Source: a virus (Duplodnaviria > Caudoviricetes). Taken from it: DNA of 52,138 bases. The notes below the pieces were generated by a model. That model saw nothing but the letters and a program-made list of their open reading frames with translations, ran no database searches and was not told the origin of the DNA. The stretch lies in the IMG/VR virus record IMGVR_UViG_3300044839_000032, positions 1-52,138 of that record; one strand, 5' to 3'. This document shows, piece after piece, positions 46,045 through 52,138 of the stretch. The translations under genes and the position numbers were made by a program. How positions within the stretch are numbered: position 1 is the first letter of the stretch; each line of letters starts with the position of its first letter.

Positions 46045-47199
46045 TTACGCGCCGCCCTGAATCACTTTGAACTTTTGCTGTTGCTTCGGCCACGTTGCCC
46101 GGACACGTTCCGTGAGCCGCACTTGTCTGGCCTGAACCCACGCTGAGTAGTGCTTCTCGACGATCTTCACCGAGTTGCCGAGGATCGCGGCTACGTCCTC
46201 GATAGGAACGCCGTTCGCCAAAAGGCTGGTTGCGAGGGTGTCCCTGAATCTGTGGGCGACCATCATGTTCGTTCCCTTCGAAACGCGAGCGTCCTTCAGC
46301 ACTCTCCGAAGGGTTCTCTGCCAGCTTGAAACGGCCGACAGGGGCTTGCCGTTGCCCGACCAGAAAAAGTAACGGGAGTTACTGTTCTTCGTCGCTTGGT
46401 ACCTGAGCGCATCAGCCACATCAGGCGGAAGAGGCACGAACACCGCTTGCCCCGTCTTTCCCGTCCGAAGCATCAGGTCATCGCCATGCAACCGCTCAGT
46501 TTCGAGACAGGTTGCGTCCTGAATCCTGAGTCCCGAATACCGAAGCAAGAGGACGAAGCACTTGATCCGGTCCGGCCGGTTGTGGCCGTGGTCCCCGTGA
46601 TGCGAATACTTCTCGCACGCCGTGATGATCCGGCCCATTTCCTGATCTGTGTACGGCAGGGTTGGGGGTTCGTCGATCTCAGGGGTTTTGAACTCAGCCG
46701 CCGTATTTTTCGCGATCCACTCAGCAGCGGTGCAGAAGCCCATGAACTGCTTCAGAAGCTCCAGCCGTTTCGCGGCAGTCGCCGGCATCATCTTCCATGA
46801 CGCCTTGAAGGTCGCCAGCTCCGCAAAGGTCAGCTGCTTCACGTATCTAAAGCCCCTGCCTTCGCACCAGGAGACCACCTGACGGCCGATGAACCTCCGG
46901 TAGAGGCGCATGGAGCTTTCGGCTAGGTTCCGGCTCTCAGCCTCAGCCAGGAACAGTTTCGTGGCTTCCTCGATTGTGACGAGCTTCTGATAGCCCCCGC
47001 CGATCTTGCCGGACTTGATCCACTCTCTAATCTCGTTCTGCGCGGCCTCCCACGAGGTCTGGTCCATGTTCCGGCGAACCGACTCTCCACCGAGGGAGCC
47101 TTCAACGTAGATAGGACAGGCGCAACGCCGGTAGCTTCTGCCTCGTTTCGGATTCTCTTTCTGGCATGCGGTTCCGTGCCGCCGATACAGCGTGAGCAT
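46045..47199 (-). CDS. int: Tyrosine recombinase/integrase
   Basis: SGLRIQD (R), KTG (K), HRFRDT (HxxR), LGN, HY; adjacent to the tRNA att site. Confidence 0.95.
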   Translation of the reverse strand: MLTLYRRHGTACQKENPKRGRSYRRCACPIYVEGSLGGESVRRNMDQTSWEAAQNEIREWIKSGKIGGGYQKLVTIEEATKLFLAEAESRNLAESSMRLYRRFIGRQVVSWCEGRGFRYVKQLTFAELATFKASWKMMPATAAKRLELLKQFMGFCTAAEWIAKNTAAEFKTPEIDEPPTLPYTDQEMGRIITACEKYSHHGDHGHNRPDRIKCFVLLLRYSGLRIQDATCLETERLHGDDLMLRTGKTGQAVFVPLPPDVADALRYQATKNSNSRYFFWSGNGKPLSAVSSWQRTLRRVLKDARVSKGTNMMVAHRFRDTLATSLLANGVPIEDVAAILGNSVKIVEKHYSAWVQARQVRLTERVRATWPKQQQKFKVIQGGA

Positions 47200-47230
47200 G
47201 TCGCCCTCCGAACAGCATTGTTGGGCGAAC

Positions 47231-47250
47231 CACGCAAATCACACTCAACA
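47231..47250 (+). repeat. Putative integrase arm-type binding sites (right end)
   Basis: CACGCAAAT-CA-CACTCAACA, similar to 1623-1642. Confidence 0.45.
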
Positions 47251-47295
47251 CCGTTGCTCCAGAAGCTAAACCACTGATTCCTAAGAGGATAAAAG

Positions 47296-47371
<76 letters not shown>

Positions 47372-47457
47372 CCGAGGGGTGGGCGGGGAAACGGGCGCGG
47401 AAAATACCACGCGGAAGCGGGGGTGTAAATCGCCGGGGCGCGGCTTTCATTCCGATC

Positions 47458-48351
47458 TCAGCGGGTGCGGTCGCGGACGATCGTGGCGAGGTCGCGGAGC
47501 GGGGCGGCGGCAGGGCCGAGGTTGGAGATCGAGGAGAGCGACGTCTCGACGAGTTCGTCGCTGAGCTTCTTCGCGCCGTCGACGCCGGCGAGTTTGACGA
47601 ACGTCAGGCGGTCGGTGTCTTTGCCGACGTCTTTGCCGAGTTGTTCGGGACTGCCCACCACGTCGAGGATGTCGTCGGTGATCTGGAACGCCAGGCCGAG
47701 GTTCTTGGCGAAGATCTCGATGCGTCCGAGGGCGGCGGGCGAGGTGTTGGCGAGCATTGCGCCGACGGCGGCGGCGGCGACGAAGAGCGCGCCGGTTTTG
47801 CGGGAGTGGATGAATTCGAGCGTATCGAAATCGAGGCGCGACGTTTCGCTGTGCAGGTCGACCGCTTCGCCGGCGATCGTGCCGTCCCAGCCGACGGCAT
47901 CGACGACGCGTTTGATCACCTGCAGCATCGGCCACTGACGCGGCGTCAGCGCCGCGTAGTTCTTCGCCACGAGTCCATATGCGTGATTGAGAAGCGCGAC
48001 CGACGACAGAATCGCCAGGTCCTCGCCGAATTCGCGATGCAATGTCGGTTGTCCGCGGCGGAGGAGCGCGTCGTCCATCGACGGCAGGTCATCGAGGATC
48101 AGCGACGACGCGTGGATCATCTCCATCGCCGCGGCAGCGTCGGCGAGTTTCTCCGGTTTGCAGCCGGCCGCCTCCCCTGCCGCCATCAGCAGGACGCCGC
48201 GCACGCGCTTGCCGGATGAGGTCAGCGCGCGCTTGAGAGGATCGGCCAGCGGCTTCGGGGCGCCGGCGCGAAGGGCGATGTTTTTGAGCGTTTCGTCGAT
48301 CAGCGCGCGCCGCGCCGCGAAGTAGTCGTTCACTCGGGCGCATGGTAGCAT
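47458..48351 (-). CDS. Polyprenyl diphosphate synthase (FPP/GGPP synthase family)
   Basis: [31 protein letters not shown]. The start may be GTG 48333. Confidence 0.92.
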   Translation of the reverse strand: MLPCARVNDYFAARRALIDETLKNIALRAGAPKPLADPLKRALTSSGKRVRGVLLMAAGEAAGCKPEKLADAAAAMEMIHASSLILDDLPSMDDALLRRGQPTLHREFGEDLAILSSVALLNHAYGLVAKNYAALTPRQWPMLQVIKRVVDAVGWDGTIAGEAVDLHSETSRLDFDTLEFIHSRKTGALFVAAAAVGAMLANTSPAALGRIEIFAKNLGLAFQITDDILDVVGSPEQLGKDVGKDTDRLTFVKLAGVDGAKKLSDELVETSLSSISNLGPAAAPLRDLATIVRDRTR

Positions 48352-48377
48352 CGGCCCACTTCGGCAACGGGAACTCT

Positions 48378-51300
48378 ATGAACCTGAGACACTTCGGGCG
48401 CGCGCAGCAGATGTGGCTGCTGGTCGCTGCCTGCTTCGGCATGTTCGCGTTGTTCCTGCTCCTGGTGCCGGGAATGACGTTCGCGCTTTGGTGGCCGACG
48501 ATGCTCGCGGCGCTCGTGGCCTGCGCCATCACCGTCATGGCGTTTCAGTGGTGGCTGGGCGCGGTACTGGCCCGGCGCGACTCCTCGATCCAACTTCTGA
48601 ATCGCATCACCGCGGGCGATTTATCGATCGCCGCGCGCGAAATTCAACTGACCACGCAATCGGCGCGGATGTCCGCGGCGATGCGCGCATTGGTGTCGAA
48701 TCTGGAGCGGACCATCCGCCGTTTCGCGCAGCTCGCCACCGACGTCGCAACGGCCAGTGGCCAAATCAGCGGACGTTCGCGCGTGCTCGCGCGCGGCGCC
48801 GGCGAGCAACTCGTCTCGACCGAATCGACCTCGGCGTCGGTCGGCCAGATCGACCAGACCATCAACAACGTGCGCACGTCGATGGAGGAGCTGTCCGCGA
48901 ATGCCGAGGAGACGTCGACCTCGGTGCTGGAGATGTCGGCGTCGATCGAGGAGGTCAGCCGCATCGCCGACACGCTGGCCGAGTTCGTGGAGCAAACGTC
49001 GTCCGCATTCGAAGAGATGAGCGCATCGATCTCGCAGGTCGCGGCGAACACGGAAAGCTTCTCGTCGTTCGCGACACAGACCGCCAGCTCGATGGTGGAG
49101 ATGAATGCGACCACCGAGGAGATCGGCAAGTCCGCGAAGCAATCGGCGGAGCTCGCGCGCTACGTGAAGGACGCCGCAAGCGAAGGACGCGTCGCCGTCA
49201 GCGGCACCGTCGAAGGAATGCGCAAGATTCAGGTCGCCGTCGACGAGGCGAAAGCCGCGCTCGGCGAGCTGGCCAATCGGTCGCAGGAGATCGGCGAGAT
49301 CGTGCGCGTCATCGACGAGATCGCGGGTCAGACCAATTTGCTCGCGCTGAACGCCGCGATCATTGCCGCGCAGGCTGGCGAGCGCGGAAAAGGATTCGCG
49401 GTGGTCGCCGACGAGATCCGCGATCTCTCCGAGCGCACCTCGGTATCGACTGACGAAATCCGCACGCTGATTCAGAACGTGCAGCGTGCTGTCGATCGCG
49501 CCGCCGAGCAGATGACCATCAGCAGCGATCGCGTGTTCGACGGCGTGGCGCTGACCGCGCGCGCGGAACAGACGCTCGACAAGATCCTCGACATGACCGC
49601 GCGCTCGACGAACTCGATCGCCGAGATTGCGCGTGCGACCGAGGAGCAGTCGCGCGGCAGCAAGGCGGCAACGGCGGCGATCGAAGAAGTGACGAAGATG
49701 GTGCAGCAGACGGCGAGCGCGACGCAGCAGCAGTCGCAGACGGCGCGCAAAGTCGGCGAGCAGACGTCGATGGTGCGCGACTACACCAAGCACCTCAAGC
49801 GCGCGATGTCGGAGCAGGAAACGGGTAGCCGCGCCATCAGCCGGGCCATGGAAAACATCATGGGCCTCGTGCAGAACGTTCTCGAATCAACCTCGGTGCT
49901 GGCAACCGAAAGCTCGGCCATCGTGAAGGCGATGGGCGTGATCCAGCAGGCCACGCGCGAGTCGAATGTGTCGATCGGCGATCTCAATCAGATGGCCAAC
50001 ACGCTGTCGCATGAGTCGACGCTGCTGAATTCGGAGCTGGATCGCTTCACGCTGCCGACGCCGACCGAGGGTGGCAAGCTGACGACATCCACGGTGCTGT
50101 GGCAGCAACTGACGCTCGATCCGATCCAGGTCGGAGCTGCGGCCCTCGGATACATGTCGAAGACGATTCACGCGCACCTGGTGATGTACGGCGAAGGCGC
50201 GGAGCTGATTCCCGGACTCGCCGAGCGCTGGGAAGTGCTCGAGCAAGGACACGTCTACCGATTCCATCTGCGTCATGGCGTCCGCTTCCACAACGGGCGC
50301 ACGCTCGAAGCGAAAGATGTTCACGACTCACTCGTGCGGCTGCTGCTTCCCGAACTGAATTCGCAGTCGAGCTGGATCATGCGCGAGGTGCGCGGCGCGG
50401 CGGACGTAATCGCGGGCCGCACGCGCACGCTTTCCGGAATCCAGGTTCACGATCAACACACGGTAGACATCATCCTCGATGAGCCGCTGGCGTTTTTCCT
50501 GTCGCTGCTGACGATGCACGAAGCCGCGATCATTCCGGCCGAGGAAGCGCGCGATCCGGAGCGCTTCCGGCTGCACCCCGTCGGCGCCGGTCCGTTCCGT
50601 TTGGCCGAGGCGACGGAGGGCGAACGCGTTCGCGTGCAGCGCAATCGCGACTACTACGTTCCCGGCATCCCGCATCTCGACGAGCTGGAGTTCCGGCTCG
50701 ACCTGCGCAGCTTCCGCGACGTGGCCGAGGCGTTTCTCCGCGGCGAGGTGGACGTCGCGCATGGCGTGCCGCTGAACATCGTCAGCGAGCTTCGCACCGA
50801 TCCGCGCATCGCGCCGTACATTCTGACCACGATCCAATTGCACACGTCGTACTTCGGCTACGACTGCACCGTTGCGCCGTTCAACCGCGTGGAAGTGCGG
50901 CAGGCGATCAATCACGCCATCAACCGCGACCGGATTAACGAGCGCGTCTTCGCCGGCCTCGGCGTCGTGGCGAAGTCGCTGCTGCCGCCCGGACTCCTCG
51001 GCTACGACGCGAATCTGCGCGGCATCGAACACGATCCGGAACGCGCTCGTTCACTGCTGCGCCAGGCCGGAGTCAGCGGACTCCGCGTCGAGTACCGCAC
51101 GTGGGACACGGACGAGTTCAACAACTCCGGCCAGCTTCCGCTGATCATCGAAGACCTCGCCGCAATCGGCATCGATGTAAACGTGACCATGCATTCCGCG
51201 GTCGATGCGCGCAAGCCGCTGTTCAAGCCGGGACACGGCACGTTCTACTGCGCCAACTGGTATGCCGACTTCCCCGACTCCGACAATTTCTTCTACGTCT

Positions 51301-51569
51301 TCTTCCACAGCGACGCGCGTTCCGCGCGAGGCCTCTATTTCAGTAGCGCCGCCGTCGACGCGCAGATCATCGAGGCGCGGCGGACGAATGATCCCGATCG
51401 CCGCGCGGAGATTTACCGGCAACTCAATCAAATGGTGATCCGCGAAGCACCGCTGGCGACGCTGTTCCACGAGCGCTTCTTCGTACTGCAGAAGCCGGAA
51501 GTGCGCGGACTGCGGACGTCGCTGGCGCCGCCGCCGGTGCGGTATCACGGGACGTGGATCGAGGAGTAA
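48378..51569 (+). CDS. Methyl-accepting chemotaxis protein fused to a C-terminal family-5 solute-binding domain
   Basis: Two TM helices, HAMP-like linker, [34 protein letters not shown]; then PGLAERWE...[23 protein letters not shown]. Confidence 0.88.
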   Translation: MNLRHFGRAQQMWLLVAACFGMFALFLLLVPGMTFALWWPTMLAALVACAITVMAFQWWLGAVLARRDSSIQLLNRITAGDLSIAAREIQLTTQSARMSAAMRALVSNLERTIRRFAQLATDVATASGQISGRSRVLARGAGEQLVSTESTSASVGQIDQTINNVRTSMEELSANAEETSTSVLEMSASIEEVSRIADTLAEFVEQTSSAFEEMSASISQVAANTESFSSFATQTASSMVEMNATTEEIGKSAKQSAELARYVKDAASEGRVAVSGTVEGMRKIQVAVDEAKAALGELANRSQEIGEIVRVIDEIAGQTNLLALNAAIIAAQAGERGKGFAVVADEIRDLSERTSVSTDEIRTLIQNVQRAVDRAAEQMTISSDRVFDGVALTARAEQTLDKILDMTARSTNSIAEIARATEEQSRGSKAATAAIEEVTKMVQQTASATQQQSQTARKVGEQTSMVRDYTKHLKRAMSEQETGSRAISRAMENIMGLVQNVLESTSVLATESSAIVKAMGVIQQATRESNVSIGDLNQMANTLSHESTLLNSELDRFTLPTPTEGGKLTTSTVLWQQLTLDPIQVGAAALGYMSKTIHAHLVMYGEGAELIPGLAERWEVLEQGHVYRFHLRHGVRFHNGRTLEAKDVHDSLVRLLLPELNSQSSWIMREVRGAADVIAGRTRTLSGIQVHDQHTVDIILDEPLAFFLSLLTMHEAAIIPAEEARDPERFRLHPVGAGPFRLAEATEGERVRVQRNRDYYVPGIPHLDELEFRLDLRSFRDVAEAFLRGEVDVAHGVPLNIVSELRTDPRIAPYILTTIQLHTSYFGYDCTVAPFNRVEVRQAINHAINRDRINERVFAGLGVVAKSLLPPGLLGYDANLRGIEHDPERARSLLRQAGVSGLRVEYRTWDTDEFNNSGQLPLIIEDLAAIGIDVNVTMHSAVDARKPLFKPGHGTFYCANWYADFPDSDNFFYVFFHSDARSARGLYFSSAAVDAQIIEARRTNDPDRRAEIYRQLNQMVIREAPLATLFHERFFVLQKPEVRGLRTSLAPPPVRYHGTWIEE

Positions 51570-52138
51570 CGGCGGGTTCGTCCCGAGATGTAGACCCCTC
51601 CGACGATCATCGCTCCGGCAAGCAACGCGATTGGTCGAATTTGTTCCTGTAAAAAAATCGCCGCGAGGATCACGGCGAAGACCGGCTGCAAGTACGTGTA
51701 CGCGGCGACGACGGAGCTCTCCGCATACTTCAGCGCCCACGCGTTCATCAGGTACGCGGCGATGGTCGGTCCGGCGACTACGAACGCGAGCGACCACCAA
51801 GCGTTCGGCGGGATCGCGCGCCACGGCTCGTGCAACATTGGCCACGCGGCGATCGGGAGCATGACGATCGATGCGATCGCGAACATCCGCGCGATCACGC
51901 GGCGCGCGGACATTCGCGCCATCGCCGGTTTCGAAAAGACGAGGTAGAGCGCGTACGACAGCGAGTTGCCGACGATCATGAGATCGCCGAGGAGCGACTT
52001 CGCGGTTCCGCTGAAGCCCTCGCCGCCAATCAGCACGATCGCCCCGGCTGCGGACAGCGCGATGCCGCCAACCTTCACAACCGTCGGACGTTCGCGCCCG
52101 AGGACGATGGCGGCGGCGAGAGCGAAGATCGGAATCGT
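51545..52138 (-). CDS. EamA/DMT family transporter (5' end outside the window)
   Basis: Multiple TM helices; [20 protein letters not shown]. Confidence 0.85.
   Translation of the reverse strand, partial: TIPIFALAAAIVLGRERPTVVKVGGIALSAAGAIVLIGGEGFSGTAKSLLGDLMIVGNSLSYALYLVFSKPAMARMSARRVIARMFAIASIVMLPIAAWPMLHEPWRAIPPNAWWSLAFVVAGPTIAAYLMNAWALKYAESSVVAAYTYLQPVFAVILAAIFLQEQIRPIALLAGAMIVGGVYISGRTRRYSSIHVP

Overview
Most of the window (about 1514-47316, ~45.8 kb) is one integrated element inserted at the 3' end of a tRNA-Phe(GAA) gene. It is bounded by an exact 24-bp direct repeat, with a tyrosine integrase at the right end and an excisionase-like gene at the left. The GC-rich host flanks carry a metallophosphoesterase, a polyprenyl synthetase, an MCP/solute-binding fusion and an EamA transporter; an Acidobacteriota-like host is my inference only. 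The element is a hybrid. One part is a mobilisation/replication module: two VirD4/TraD-like coupling ATPases, a Replic_Relax-type relaxase and a Zn-finger/TOPRIM primase, with no mating-pair genes. The other part is an apparently complete podovirus-like gene set (ERF, YqaJ, NinG, terminase, portal, scaffold, capsid, adaptor/nozzle, ejection proteins, holins, papain-fold peptidase, 3D-domain protein) that resembles Patescibacteria (CPR) phages. The genes split into a Shine-Dalgarno-led set and an SD-less set driven by DnaA-box-associated or 16-bp-spacer promoters, and several functions occur once in each set. My leading hypothesis is a two-host shuttle phage. Unexplained non-coding structures include a cluster of TATC-tetraloop hairpins, a ~670-nt structured RNA with an attenuator-like switch, and a four-way-junction RNA ahead of the capsid operon. 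All product calls come from motifs read by eye; no database searches were run.
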